From Candidatus Micrarchaeia archaeon (GTDB lineage Archaea; Micrarchaeota; Micrarchaeia; Micrarchaeales; CABMGC01): a DNA stretch of 64,000 bases. Of this stretch, positions 8,223-18,258 are shown one piece after another. The notes beneath the pieces were generated by a model. The model was not told where the DNA came from. It did no database searches and saw nothing but the letters and a program-made list of their open reading frames with translations. The translations under genes were made by a program, and so were the position numbers. The DNA lies in contig JBMFUT010000001.1 of NCBI GenBank assembly GCA_049966395.1, positions 30,816 to 94,815 of the forward strand, in the 5' to 3' direction. The stretch's first letter is position 1, and the number at the start of each line of letters is the position of its first letter.

Positions 8223-10139
8223 ATGGAAAATCAGAACGACGAGTATAACGCATCAAAAATAGTTGTGCTAGAAGGCACGCAGGGCATAAGGAAAAGGCCC
8301 GCAATGTACATCGGCTCTACCGGCGTGCAAGGGGTAGTGCATCTGCTGATCGAAATAATAGACAATGCAATAGACGAATCCCTGGCTGGCTATTGCAAGA
8401 ACATATCAGTTTCGCTTCTCCAAGAAGATAGCGGAGACATTGCAGAAGTGAGCGACGACGGGCGGGGAATACCTGTAGACATAATGCCAAAGTACAACAA
8501 GCCTGCACTAGAAGTCATAATGACTTCGTTGCATTCAGGCGCCAAATTCGACAATAACACATACAAAATCTCTGGTGGCCTGCACGGCGTTGGCCTTACG
8601 GTTGTCAATGCCCTTTCAGAGTACATGGAGGTGACGGTCAAGAAAGGGGGCAACATTTACAGGCAAAAATTCAGCCGCGGCCAGCCAGTTTCGCAGATGG
8701 AAATCATAGGTAATACGGATCAGCATGGCACAACGATAAGATTCAAGCCGGATCCGGAAATATTTCCTGACCCAAGGTTTGATTCTGAGCAGATAAAGGC
8801 AAAGCTCGAGTACGCCAGCTTCCTTAATCCAGGCATAAGGATAAAATTCAGCGACGAGCGTTTCCCGCAAAAAGAAACTAAGGAATACTATTCTGAGCAA
8901 GGCATACCTGAACTAATAATGCAATTAAACAAGGACAAGCAGCCGCTTACCAATGTCATATACGCAAAAAAACAGCAGGACTCGATGCAAATAGAGTTTG
9001 CCCTTCAGTATAACAACGGCTATGATGAAAAGGTGCTCTCTTTCGTCAACGATGTCAGGACAACAGAAGGAGGCACTCACGAAGTTGGCTTCCGCTCCGC
9101 GCTCAGCAGGGCCATAATAAACTATGCATCTGAGTCAAAGAACGGCAAGGACAGCGACGAAATAAAGCTTACTGGGGACGATGTGAGAGAAGGCTTGACT
9201 GCTGTGATAAGCCTCCTGATGCAGAGCCCAGAATTCGAAGGCCAAACAAAGGAAAAGCTTGGCAATACAAAGGTGAAGAGCGCAGTAGAGAGTGCTGTTT
9301 ATGCCATAATCTCAAGATACTTGGAAGAGCACCCGTCTGACGCAAAAGCCATAGTCGGAAAGGTGCAGAGCGCCGCAATAGCGAGGGAAAGTGCCAGAAA
9401 GGCAAAGGAGCTTGCGAGAAAGAAGAGCATATTCGAAACCGCAGTGCTGCCCGGGAAGCTAGCAGACTGCGTTGAAAGCGATCCAGAAAAATCTGAAATA
9501 TTCATAGTGGAAGGCGAAAGCGCAGGTGGCTCTAGCAAGCAAGGAAGGGACAAAAATTTCCAGGCCATACTTCCGCTTAGGGGCAAGATACTAAACGTTG
9601 AAAAGGCGACCGATGAGAAGATATTCAGTAACGCCGAAATACACACAATGGTTGCTGCATTCGGCACCGGGATAAAGGAAACTTTCAATCCGGAGGCTGT
9701 GCGCTACAAAAAAATAATAATAATGACCGATGCCGACGTAGACGGCAGCCACATAAAGACCCTGCTGCTTACGTTCTTCTACCGCTACATGAAGAAGCTG
9801 GTTGAGCTTGGCTATGTTTACATAGCGCAGCCGCCGCTGTACAAGATATCAAAAGGCAAGGAGCAGCGATACTGCTATACTGATGATGAGCTTGCGGCGG
9901 CGATGAAGGAGCTTGGCTCCGACGCGGCGGTGCAGCGCTACAAAGGTCTCGGAGAAATGAATCCAGAGCAGTTGTGGCAGACCACGATGGACCCGGAAAG
10001 GCGCATACTAAAGCAGGTTACAATAAAGGATGCCGAAAAGGCTGACAGGTTACTAACAATCCTCATGGGCATAGACGTTTCTGAAAGGAGAAAGTTCATA
10101 GAAGAGCACTCTAAAGAGGTAAGATTTTTAGATCTGTGA
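8223..10139 (+). CDS. gyrB: DNA gyrase subunit B
   Basis: GHKL ATPase N-box EIIDNAIDE, GLHGVG, TOPRIM EGESAGGS, PLRGKILNVE, DADVDGSHI; 638 aa. Confidence 0.97.
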   Translation: MENQNDEYNASKIVVLEGTQGIRKRPAMYIGSTGVQGVVHLLIEIIDNAIDESLAGYCKNISVSLLQEDSGDIAEVSDDGRGIPVDIMPKYNKPALEVIMTSLHSGAKFDNNTYKISGGLHGVGLTVVNALSEYMEVTVKKGGNIYRQKFSRGQPVSQMEIIGNTDQHGTTIRFKPDPEIFPDPRFDSEQIKAKLEYASFLNPGIRIKFSDERFPQKETKEYYSEQGIPELIMQLNKDKQPLTNVIYAKKQQDSMQIEFALQYNNGYDEKVLSFVNDVRTTEGGTHEVGFRSALSRAIINYASESKNGKDSDEIKLTGDDVREGLTAVISLLMQSPEFEGQTKEKLGNTKVKSAVESAVYAIISRYLEEHPSDAKAIVGKVQSAAIARESARKAKELARKKSIFETAVLPGKLADCVESDPEKSEIFIVEGESAGGSSKQGRDKNFQAILPLRGKILNVEKATDEKIFSNAEIHTMVAAFGTGIKETFNPEAVRYKKIIIMTDADVDGSHIKTLLLTFFYRYMKKLVELGYVYIAQPPLYKISKGKEQRYCYTDDELAAAMKELGSDAAVQRYKGLGEMNPEQLWQTTMDPERRILKQVTIKDAEKADRLLTILMGIDVSERRKFIEEHSKEVRFLDL

Positions 10140-10143
10140 TAAA

Positions 10144-12552
10144 ATGCGCATACTCCCAACGCTGCTAGAAGACGAAATGCAGTTGAGCTACCTAGACTAC
10201 GCCATGAGCGTAATAATAGGGAGGGCAATACCTGATGCTCAGGACGGCCTTAAGCCTGCGCAGAGGAGAATCCTCTACGCCATGTACAACATAAATAACA
10301 CGCACGACCAGCCAACAAAAAAGAGCGCGAGGATAGTGGGAGAAGTTATAGGCAAATTCCATCCGCACGGAGACACCGCCGTATACGAGGCGCTCGTAAG
10401 AATGGCGCAGGACTTTTCGATGAACCACACTTTTGTGGAAGGCCAGGGAAACTTCGGTTCCATAGACGGAGATCCGCCCGCAGCCATGCGTTACACAGAA
10501 GTTAGGCTTACCCGGCTGGCAGAAGAGATGCTTGCCGACATAGAAAAGGAAGTGGTTGATTTCGTACCCAACTTCGACAACACCGAAAAGGAGCCGGTGC
10601 TTCTCCCAGCAAAACTGCCTAACCTGCTTGTAAACGGAGCTTCTGGCATTGCAGTAGGAGTTGCAACAAGCATACCCCCTCACAATCTTGGCGAGGTGTG
10701 CGATGCGGTTGTATATGCAATAGACCATCCGGACTACACTCCTGACGATCTGCTCGGAATAATAAAAGGGCCTGACTTCCCTACCGGAGGCATTGCGCTC
10801 ATGAGCGAATCCTCTTTTGCCGGATACAGGCACGGCCGCGGAAGAGTTACTATAAAAGCGCTTGCGGAAATAAACGACAGCGACATAATAATAACAGAAA
10901 TCCCTTATGGAGTTAACAAGTCCACGCTCATAGAGGAAATGGCGAACCTCGCGAGGGAGAAAAAAATAAACGGGATAAGCGACATACGCGACGAGAGCGG
11001 CAAGGAGGGAATAAGGATAAGGATAAAGCTGAAGAATTCAAACGGCGAGCAGGTGCTGAACTTCCTGTTCAAGCACACGCAGCTCATGGTGACTTTTCCA
11101 ATAATAAACCTGGCAGTAGTGGGCAACACGCTTAAAAACTTCAACATTTCGCAGTTTATTGCCACTTTCATAAACCACAGGAGGAACGTGATAAGGAGGC
11201 GCACAGAGCACGACTTGGCAGCCGCCAAGGAGCGCACCCACATACTAGAAGGGCTGCTGGTTGCGATAGAGAACATAGACGGCGTGATAAAAATAATAAA
11301 GGGCAGCAGCGAGATCGCTAGCGCAAGGCAAGCGCTTGTTTCCTCTTACAATATAACCGAGAAGCAGGCAAACGCGATACTGGACATGAAGCTAGGCAGG
11401 CTGACAAGTCTCGAGCGCGGAGCCATAACTTCTGAAAAAGCAGAGCTGGACAAGAAAATTGCATACTATGGGGAAATACTTTCAGATCAGAACAAAATAG
11501 ACGGCATAATAAAGGAAGAAACGCAGGAAATAAGAAAGAAGTACGGGAGGGCGAGAAGGACACGCATAGAGGTCACATCAGAAGAGCCTGGAGACATAGA
11601 AGATGAGGAAACAATACCTAACGAAAAGACAATAATAGTATTCACAAACACCGGCTACATAAAGAGAATGAGCCCCGCCAACTACAAGGAACAGATGCGT
11701 GGCGGCAGAGGAGTAGTAGCAATAAACCTCAAGGAGGGTGACTATACAAAGCAGATACTGCGCTGCTACACCAAAGAGACGCTCTTGTGCATAACAGACA
11801 AGGGCAACGCTTACTGGATGAAAGCATACATGGTACCCGAAGGGTCGAGGTACTCCGAGGGCAAGGCGATAGTAAACATGCTCAACCTAAAGGACGAGCG
11901 CGTGATATACATATCTAACGTAAGCGACTTTTCCACATCTAAAATATTGTTCTTGACCAGGAAGGGTACAATAAAGAAAGTCGACGCAGTGCGCTTCTCA
12001 AGGCCGAGATCAACAGGCATACGCGCCATATCGATAGGGGAAAACGATTCGGTTGCCGACATACGCATATACAACCAAGCGAAATACATATTTGTGGCCA
12101 CAAGAGGCGGGAAGATAATAAAGTTCGAGGAGAATACCCTAAGGTCTGTGGGAAGATCTGCGATGGGCGTCAGGGGAATAAGACTGAGGGAAGGAGACGA
12201 AGCCATAAACGTGATAACCTCAAACGACGAAGGCAGCATACTTTCAATAACGCAAAACGGATACGGAAAGCTCACACCGGTGAGCAAATACAGGACCCAG
12301 CGTCGTGGAGGCAAGGGCGTGATAAACCTCAAGGTGAGCCAAAAAACAGGCAGCGTCGCAAAGGTACTTGTGGCAGCCGGTAACGAAAGTGCAACACTAA
12401 TAAACTCGAAGGGCATTGCAATAACTTTCGAGGTTGAATCTATACGCACAACAGGCAGGGCGGCAAGCGGAGTAAGGCTCATGCGCCTTCCGGAAGGAGC
12501 CAAAGTGGTAGACGCGATGCTGGAGGAAAAGGGAGTAGCAGACGCAAGCTGA
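10144..12552 (+). CDS. gyrA: DNA gyrase subunit A
   Basis: [24 protein letters not shown], active-site AAMRYTE, and C-terminal repeated beta-pinwheel blades; 802 aa, 4 nt after gyrB. Confidence 0.97.
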   Translation: MRILPTLLEDEMQLSYLDYAMSVIIGRAIPDAQDGLKPAQRRILYAMYNINNTHDQPTKKSARIVGEVIGKFHPHGDTAVYEALVRMAQDFSMNHTFVEGQGNFGSIDGDPPAAMRYTEVRLTRLAEEMLADIEKEVVDFVPNFDNTEKEPVLLPAKLPNLLVNGASGIAVGVATSIPPHNLGEVCDAVVYAIDHPDYTPDDLLGIIKGPDFPTGGIALMSESSFAGYRHGRGRVTIKALAEINDSDIIITEIPYGVNKSTLIEEMANLAREKKINGISDIRDESGKEGIRIRIKLKNSNGEQVLNFLFKHTQLMVTFPIINLAVVGNTLKNFNISQFIATFINHRRNVIRRRTEHDLAAAKERTHILEGLLVAIENIDGVIKIIKGSSEIASARQALVSSYNITEKQANAILDMKLGRLTSLERGAITSEKAELDKKIAYYGEILSDQNKIDGIIKEETQEIRKKYGRARRTRIEVTSEEPGDIEDEETIPNEKTIIVFTNTGYIKRMSPANYKEQMRGGRGVVAINLKEGDYTKQILRCYTKETLLCITDKGNAYWMKAYMVPEGSRYSEGKAIVNMLNLKDERVIYISNVSDFSTSKILFLTRKGTIKKVDAVRFSRPRSTGIRAISIGENDSVADIRIYNQAKYIFVATRGGKIIKFEENTLRSVGRSAMGVRGIRLREGDEAINVITSNDEGSILSITQNGYGKLTPVSKYRTQRRGGKGVINLKVSQKTGSVAKVLVAAGNESATLINSKGIAITFEVESIRTTGRAASGVRLMRLPEGAKVVDAMLEEKGVADAS

Positions 12553-15324
12553 TTATTCTGCGTCAGCCCAGAATTTCCTGGTGCGTATGAATGATTTCTG
12601 CGCGTTTATCAAATCCAGCAGAAAAAGCCTGTAGTCTTTCCTAACGAACTTGAGAATGCGCGCCGCAGTGGAAAGCCCTATGCCATAAGTCGACAAAGCA
12701 AAAAGCGCGCGCTTGCCGTATGCTGCCACAAGATCTGCGCCCATAAGCATCTCGCCGCGCATCTTCTGCTCCTCCTTTCCAAGCGTTTTATGGTTCTTCA
12801 TCTTTGCCATCAAGTCAGAATATTTTTCCTCGTAGACTGTCACCATCGGGCTGCCGCACACAGGGCACGTTATATTTTCATGCTCCCCTATCTCGCCAAT
12901 CTTCTTGCCGAATACGAAGCCGCAGTAGGTGCAAAGCATTTCGACGTTCTTGTTCTCAGTCTCTTCTGCAAACTGCTTTATTTCTGCGTCAGTGGGCAGC
13001 AGAGGCAGCATAAGCTCTTTGTAGTAGTATGAAGATTTGAGTATCTCCTCTGTGAGCGGAGATCCGGCGTCCCTGAAAATTTTAATATTGATGCTGCCTT
13101 CCCTCAGCATCTTCTGAAAAGCTGAAACTGTGCCAATGTCTAGGTAGTTTTTGTAAAGATCCCTAAGCGTCTCTTTTTCTATGGGCGTGCCTTTGTAGAA
13201 TGCCGCCAGTCTGGCAACAGTGCTCTTTTTCAGCATCGCCTTCTTGCTTGCCACTCCAAAAAGCTTCAGCACGTGGATAAACTTGTACTTGAAAAGCTCC
13301 GAATTGGAAAGGAAGGCGCTGACCATGCTGCCCTCCAGATCTATGCTCTTGAAAGCTTCAAACGCCCTGAAAATATCGGGTCTTCTATTAGCTTGGCTGT
13401 AATCTATTATGACGGAATACGGAGTTGACTTGACATTTATGCCAGATGCGCTCGATGCGAGTATGCCCCCAAGGACCCTTCCGAGCAGCTCGTTTGCCAT
13501 TTTTCCTAGCGCGGCGTAAACTACAGCGTAATTATCTGTCTCCTCGATGCAAACGGAATCGTTTGACGGCACGAAGAACTTCTCCTGGCCGTAGAGTAGG
13601 GCGCGCACATCCTCGGCCGCGCCCTTGTCCATCACGCTTTCAAGAGTCTTGATGCGCTTGCTGTCAAGAAGCTCAAAGACCTTGTTTGCCACAGTGTAAG
13701 AAACAGGGATGTCCTCCCCCTCCCACTCTGGTATGGCCGCTTCGAAGTCGAAGCTAGGCTCTACGTAAATGCTGTCTTTGTCAATGCTTACCACCTTCCA
13801 TGGCAGTCCTTTTATTATGAACACGCCGCCCTCTTCGATGTTGCTGGAGACGAATCTCTCGTCAAGGGTGGATATTATCCTTCCGCCAACGGCCCCTTTT
13901 ACGAAGAATCTTGAGGAATCAGGAATAACACTTATATTCTCTATGAAGTAGTTGCGTGTCTTTCCTGTGGCGCCTATGTATCCTTTTTCTATTCTTATCA
14001 TCCTCAGTGCTGCGGCAAACTCCACAATACCTTTGAAATCCTCAATTCTGAGCCTCGAATAAGGCGCAGCCCCCTTAAATATGCCATATGCTTCTTCTAC
14101 GCTTATCCTCTTACGCTCTAGCGCCATGCCGCACAGTTGGTTCACTAGGACGTCGGCCGCCAGCTCCTCTATTCCCCTTTCCTCGAGCTTTTTCTCTGAC
14201 GCCAGGATGCACAACGCCGCAGATTCTATTGCGTCTATTGAGCTCGCCACAACTATCTTCCCCTTTGACACCTTTCCTATGGAGTGCCCGCTTCTTCCAA
14301 CCCGCTGCACAAGCCTGGTAACCTGCCTTGGAGATGCGTACTGTATTACAAGGTCAACGTTGCCGACGTCAATCCCAAGCTCTAGCGAGCTTGTTGCCGC
14401 AATTGCCTTTATTTTGCCCTCCTTGAACTGGTCCTCTATTTTTATCCTTTCTTCCCTGTCAAGAGAGCCGTGGTGTATGCCAATGCCTCCGAAAGGGGTG
14501 ACTTTGTCTATGTAGACAAGCTTGCTTCCTATCGATTCCACCACGCTTCTGGTGTTCGCAAAAAATATTGTAGATTTGTTATCCTTTATCATCTGGGCTA
14601 TTCTTTCAAGCCTTGCAATAGCCGCGCCGTCAAGTTTAAACAAATCCTTGAGCCCTTTCACGCTGTTGGCAGGCGTCTTCGGCATTTCGACCTCTATCTG
14701 CATTTGCTTCGCGGAATTTGCGTCTACTATCTCGCATTTCCTATCGCCGCACAGGAACCTCGCGACAGTTTTTGCGTTGCCTATTGTCGCGCTTATGCCA
14801 ACCCTCTGGAATTCCCCCGAAATCTTTGCGATTCTTTCTAGTGCCACTGCAAGCTGCGCCCCGCGCTTGTTGAAGTAAAGTTCGTGTATCTCGTCTACAA
14901 TGACAAACTTCAGATTAGACAAGGCTCCGCGGAGCCTGCCAGAAAGCAGTATGCTCTGCAGGCTTTCAGGAGTTGTTATCATTACTTGTGGCGGGGAGAC
15001 GCTCTGCCTTGCCCTCTCTTTTCTTGTAGTATCCCCGTGCCTGACCTCTATAGTTATGCCGAGATTTTTGCCCATTTCAGAAAGTCTCTTGAGCAGATCC
15101 CTGTTGAGTGCCCTGAGCGGCGTTACATATATGCAAGATATGCTGCTCATGCCTTCTTGCTTTATCCTGTTCAATATGGGCAGCAACCCAGCTTCAGTCT
15201 TGCCTGTGCCTGTAGGCGCAACTATTATGCAGTTTGCGCCGCTCTCCACTACTGGAAAAGCCTTTTCCTGGACTTCTGTAAAAGAAGGGAATTTTTCCAA
15301 GAAAAGCTTGTAGGCATCAGTCAA
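12553..15324 (-). CDS. lhr: Lhr-type large superfamily-2 helicase
   Basis: Motif I APTGTGKT, motif II VDEIH, motif III SAT, helicase C domain, then a long Lhr-type C-terminal region with zinc ribbon CTYC...CPVC; 923 aa. Confidence 0.85.
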   Translation of the reverse strand: MTDAYKLFLEKFPSFTEVQEKAFPVVESGANCIIVAPTGTGKTEAGLLPILNRIKQEGMSSISCIYVTPLRALNRDLLKRLSEMGKNLGITIEVRHGDTTRKERARQSVSPPQVMITTPESLQSILLSGRLRGALSNLKFVIVDEIHELYFNKRGAQLAVALERIAKISGEFQRVGISATIGNAKTVARFLCGDRKCEIVDANSAKQMQIEVEMPKTPANSVKGLKDLFKLDGAAIARLERIAQMIKDNKSTIFFANTRSVVESIGSKLVYIDKVTPFGGIGIHHGSLDREERIKIEDQFKEGKIKAIAATSSLELGIDVGNVDLVIQYASPRQVTRLVQRVGRSGHSIGKVSKGKIVVASSIDAIESAALCILASEKKLEERGIEELAADVLVNQLCGMALERKRISVEEAYGIFKGAAPYSRLRIEDFKGIVEFAAALRMIRIEKGYIGATGKTRNYFIENISVIPDSSRFFVKGAVGGRIISTLDERFVSSNIEEGGVFIIKGLPWKVVSIDKDSIYVEPSFDFEAAIPEWEGEDIPVSYTVANKVFELLDSKRIKTLESVMDKGAAEDVRALLYGQEKFFVPSNDSVCIEETDNYAVVYAALGKMANELLGRVLGGILASSASGINVKSTPYSVIIDYSQANRRPDIFRAFEAFKSIDLEGSMVSAFLSNSELFKYKFIHVLKLFGVASKKAMLKKSTVARLAAFYKGTPIEKETLRDLYKNYLDIGTVSAFQKMLREGSINIKIFRDAGSPLTEEILKSSYYYKELMLPLLPTDAEIKQFAEETENKNVEMLCTYCGFVFGKKIGEIGEHENITCPVCGSPMVTVYEEKYSDLMAKMKNHKTLGKEEQKMRGEMLMGADLVAAYGKRALFALSTYGIGLSTAARILKFVRKDYRLFLLDLINAQKSFIRTRKFWADAE

Positions 15325-15328
15325 CCTA

Positions 15329-16960
15329 TCACGATGGGCTTAGGCCATTGATTACAGCCGTGCCGAATGCATGCTCGACGCTTCCGTTGTAGGTGTAATT
15401 CAGTGAAAGGGTAAGGTACAAGTCAAGAGGGAAGCCGCTAAGCTTGGAGCTGCCTTCGTAGCATGGTATTGTGAAATTGGCCGTTTCCCCAGGCTGCAAG
15501 GTGGCATTAAGCTGCGCATATCTGCCCTGCTGCTGGAAGTAACAAGAGGCGCTTTTCAGCTCTGCTGCTCCTTTCATGCTGTTGGTTATCCCTATTGTAA
15601 GGTTGCTGTATGCAAGCACCGGATTGCTGCATCCAATGCTGGAGTTGGCGAAGCTGCAGTAGCTTGAAAATGGCGAGGTAAAACTCATAGAATGCCCCTT
15701 TAGCCCTAGCATCGAGAGCAGGCGTATGTTGCTCGGTATGCTGTACATTATCCTAGATGTGTTGGCGAAAGAGATTACGCTGGCGTTGTAGCCGCCTATT
15801 ATCTCGGTCGTTCTAACAAGAGAAACGCTGCCGAGGCTGCCATTTAGCGGAAACACGTACGCGCTGCAGTAGTTGGTGTTGTTTGCAGAGCTTATAATGC
15901 CTATGCATTTTGGCGTGTTTGAGGGCACCAGGTTTGAGATGCTTGCCATGGCGACAGTGCTAGCATTAAGCAAAAGCACGGTTGCATAAGACGTGTTTTC
16001 TATCCTCGAGGTTTCAAAGTAGCTAAGCTGCTCGTAGCTGCTGTTGTAAGAGTTTCTCAGCAGCGCCTCGCTCTCTGAGACAGACGGGTAGCTACTGTTG
16101 TAAGAGGCGCCCAATATGTCTGTGCAGCTTGCGTTGCCGTAATAAGAGAGCGTCTTTAACCATCCTCCAGAGTACCAGCTGCACAAGGTTCCTTTGCCTC
16201 CAAGCTTCACTACTGTTATATTTGTGTTTCCTATTGCGGCATGAGTGGCATTCATCCCGCTGGCGTTTGCCGCGATGCCTATTATTGACGGGCTAAGGAA
16301 TCCCCTTAACCACAGCGAGTATGCTTCACTGCCGTTTTGATAAGAAGCGTCAGCGACAGAGACATTCCTTATGTAGCTAGAGGTTATGTTTATGAGCCTT
16401 GAGATCAGCGCGGCGCTCTGCACATTTGCGCCTATGCCGTAGGCACTCCTTATGTATTCGGCAGTCATGAGGCCAGCGGCGCTGCCCTGCGCGCTTGAAA
16501 AGTTGGCCGCGCCCGGAGGAATGACAGCATATGGCCTTGCAGCTTCAGGTTCTTCAACGAATATGCGTATTGTAGATTTGGCGCTGTTCCTGTTCTGCAC
16601 ATTGTATACCTTGCCCAAATCTGCAACCGCCGAGATGTTGTAGGCTCCGCTGCCCTCAGGCGTGAAGTTATAATATATTGTAGCCTCTTTGCCAGGTGGC
16701 ATTGTGACAAGATATACAGAGCTGAGGTTGCCGTTTACGAGTATGCTTATGCTCAAGTTCCTGAATGCCGCGCTCCCGACGTTGCTTACGTTCACTGGCA
16801 GCCGCACCTCGCTGAATGGGTAAACGCTTCCAAAGGAAGATTGATTTGCAGAAAACGAAACAGACACTCCTATTGCAGGCTGGTAATAATACCTGAAGTA
16901 AATGGCAGCAGCTGCCACGGCTATGAAAAACATGGCCCAGAAGTAAAACTCTTTTTTCAT
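15329..16960 (-). CDS. Membrane-anchored or secreted CARDB/Ig-like surface protein with very dense N-X-S/T sequons
   Basis: N-terminal hydrophobic anchor/signal FYFWAMFFIAVAAAAIYF. The first domain resembles CARDB (LPVNVSNVGSAAFRNLSISILVNG...YNFTPEGSGAYNISAVADLGKVYNVQNRNS). There are roughly 30 N-X-S/T sequons. Confidence 0.55.
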   Translation of the reverse strand: MKKEFYFWAMFFIAVAAAAIYFRYYYQPAIGVSVSFSANQSSFGSVYPFSEVRLPVNVSNVGSAAFRNLSISILVNGNLSSVYLVTMPPGKEATIYYNFTPEGSGAYNISAVADLGKVYNVQNRNSAKSTIRIFVEEPEAARPYAVIPPGAANFSSAQGSAAGLMTAEYIRSAYGIGANVQSAALISRLINITSSYIRNVSVADASYQNGSEAYSLWLRGFLSPSIIGIAANASGMNATHAAIGNTNITVVKLGGKGTLCSWYSGGWLKTLSYYGNASCTDILGASYNSSYPSVSESEALLRNSYNSSYEQLSYFETSRIENTSYATVLLLNASTVAMASISNLVPSNTPKCIGIISSANNTNYCSAYVFPLNGSLGSVSLVRTTEIIGGYNASVISFANTSRIMYSIPSNIRLLSMLGLKGHSMSFTSPFSSYCSFANSSIGCSNPVLAYSNLTIGITNSMKGAAELKSASCYFQQQGRYAQLNATLQPGETANFTIPCYEGSSKLSGFPLDLYLTLSLNYTYNGSVEHAFGTAVINGLSPS

Positions 16961-16975
16961 CAGAACACCGTCGTT

Positions 16976-17320
16976 TCAGTAGCTTTTGCTCTTCAAGTGA
17001 TTTATAGCTTCCCCTATCTTCGCTGCGATATCCTTGTACTCTGCCTCGAACAGGCTTCTGGCCCAAACGCCGGCGTCGTACCTATCCCCAATGCTCGGTG
17101 GCTTGAAATAGAATTTTCCCTCCTTGTTTTCTATTATGCCCATGTTCTTCAGCCTGAGCAAGTGATACCTTAGCGTTTTCTCGTTTATTGGCTCCCAGTT
17201 GCTGTCTATGTAGCCCTTAAGTTCTTCCGCACTGGGGTCAACCTTATTTATGAACTGGAAATTTATGAGCGCGTCGAGCACAGCCACAGCGCTGAGCCTC
17301 GATTCCCCTGGATTTATCAC
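16976..17320 (-). CDS. Winged-helix DNA-binding protein (family unclear)
   Basis: Recognition helix plus wing NEKTLRYHLLRLKNMGIIENKEGKFYF. The GTG start at 17320 is the first canonical start, but the frame stays open and coding-like up to an in-frame TGA at 17465-17467. Confidence 0.5.
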   Translation of the reverse strand: MINPGESRLSAVAVLDALINFQFINKVDPSAEELKGYIDSNWEPINEKTLRYHLLRLKNMGIIENKEGKFYFKPPSIGDRYDAGVWARSLFEAEYKDIAAKIGEAINHLKSKSY

Positions 17321-17695
17321 TCCGAGCGTAAGCGCAAGCCATCTGACTATGGACCTTTTTGTCTCAAGGACCTCGCCAGTGAGCCTGAGGTTCCTGAGCG
17401 TTATTTCTTTTTCTATGAGCGCAGACTCGTTGAGCTCCGCGGAATCACCAATACAAAGTGCAAGTCAAATTGAATCAGAGCCTAGCAGCATTATTGCGCC
17501 TTAGACTGCGCGCAACACCAGCAGCTGCGAGAGCGGCCCTATTATGCGTTTTTTGCCTGCATATATTTTTATATTGCATTGCCCATATACTTATAAAATT
17601 GTTTAGCCCGCCATAGCCCTTCGATTGGAATAGAATTCGCTCAAAGAACAGGCAACCGCTTGATTTGTTTGTTGCGCAATGCTGCAGGCGAATGG

Positions 17696-17911
17696 ATGCC
17701 GAAATACTACAAAGTTTACGATTCAAAAAACACGGTGTACGTGACATTTGACGACAGTGGCGCGGTGATAATAAAAGACGAATCAGGAAAGAAGGTATTT
17801 CTGTCGAAGAAGCAGGCAGACCTTATGAAATTCAGCATAGAGAGCCTTTTCAAGAACCTTTTCGAAAATCACGACGCCGAAGTTCATGTTGAAGAAATAA
17901 AAGAGGTATGA
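17696..17911 (+). CDS. Small conserved-position protein upstream of prefoldin beta (possibly Pcc1-like; tentative)
   Basis: 71 aa from ATG 17696 (MPKYYKVYD...). Its stop overlaps the prefoldin beta start (ATGA at 17908-17911). The C-terminal half SGKKVFLSKKQADLMKFSIESLFKNL loosely resembles the Pcc1 strand-helix. Confidence 0.4.
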   Translation: MPKYYKVYDSKNTVYVTFDDSGAVIIKDESGKKVFLSKKQADLMKFSIESLFKNLFENHDAEVHVEEIKEV

Positions 17912-18252
17912 TTATGCCAGAACAACCTACAACGGGCCAGGATGCGGAGAAGCTAATCAAGGACTACCAGCTGTTGCAAGAACAGCTGCGCATAGCTGCC
18001 ATGCAGGCAGACCAACTCAAGCTGCAGCAGGGCGAGCTCGCAACAGCAGAAGCAGAGGTAAGCAAAGCAACGGGCAAGGTGTACGTGACAATCGGCGGCA
18101 TTATAGTAGAATCTGACAAGGAAGCCGCGCTTAAGAACATATCGGAGCGCAAGGAAAACAACGAAATAAGACTGCAGTCTGTAAACAAGCAGATAGCTGA
18201 GCTAAGGTCAAGGGAAAAGCAGCTGAGAGACAAGATATCCCAACTGAAGTGA
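17908..18252 (+). CDS. pfdB: Prefoldin beta subunit
   Basis: 114-aa coiled coil - beta hairpin - coiled coil: LQEQLRIAAMQADQLKLQQGELATAEAEV...GKVYVTIGGIIVE...LQSVNKQIAELRSREKQLRDKI. Confidence 0.85.
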   Translation: MIMPEQPTTGQDAEKLIKDYQLLQEQLRIAAMQADQLKLQQGELATAEAEVSKATGKVYVTIGGIIVESDKEAALKNISERKENNEIRLQSVNKQIAELRSREKQLRDKISQLK

Positions 18253-18258
18253 AAGTCC

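Noticed and set aside
10192-12503. Long minus-strand ORFs inside gyrA (213 aa at 10192-10833, 123 aa at 10905-11276, 230 aa at 11811-12503)
   Set aside because: They lie antisense to an unambiguous, full-length gyrA. Their translations are low-complexity (S/P/F/L-rich) with no motifs. These are typical shadow ORFs.
17475-17747. 90-aa minus-strand ORF in the 17321-17695 gap
   Set aside because: The sequence is Cys/Arg/Asn-rich and non-protein-like, and it spans the AT-rich divergent promoter region. It is in a different frame from the wHTH gene.
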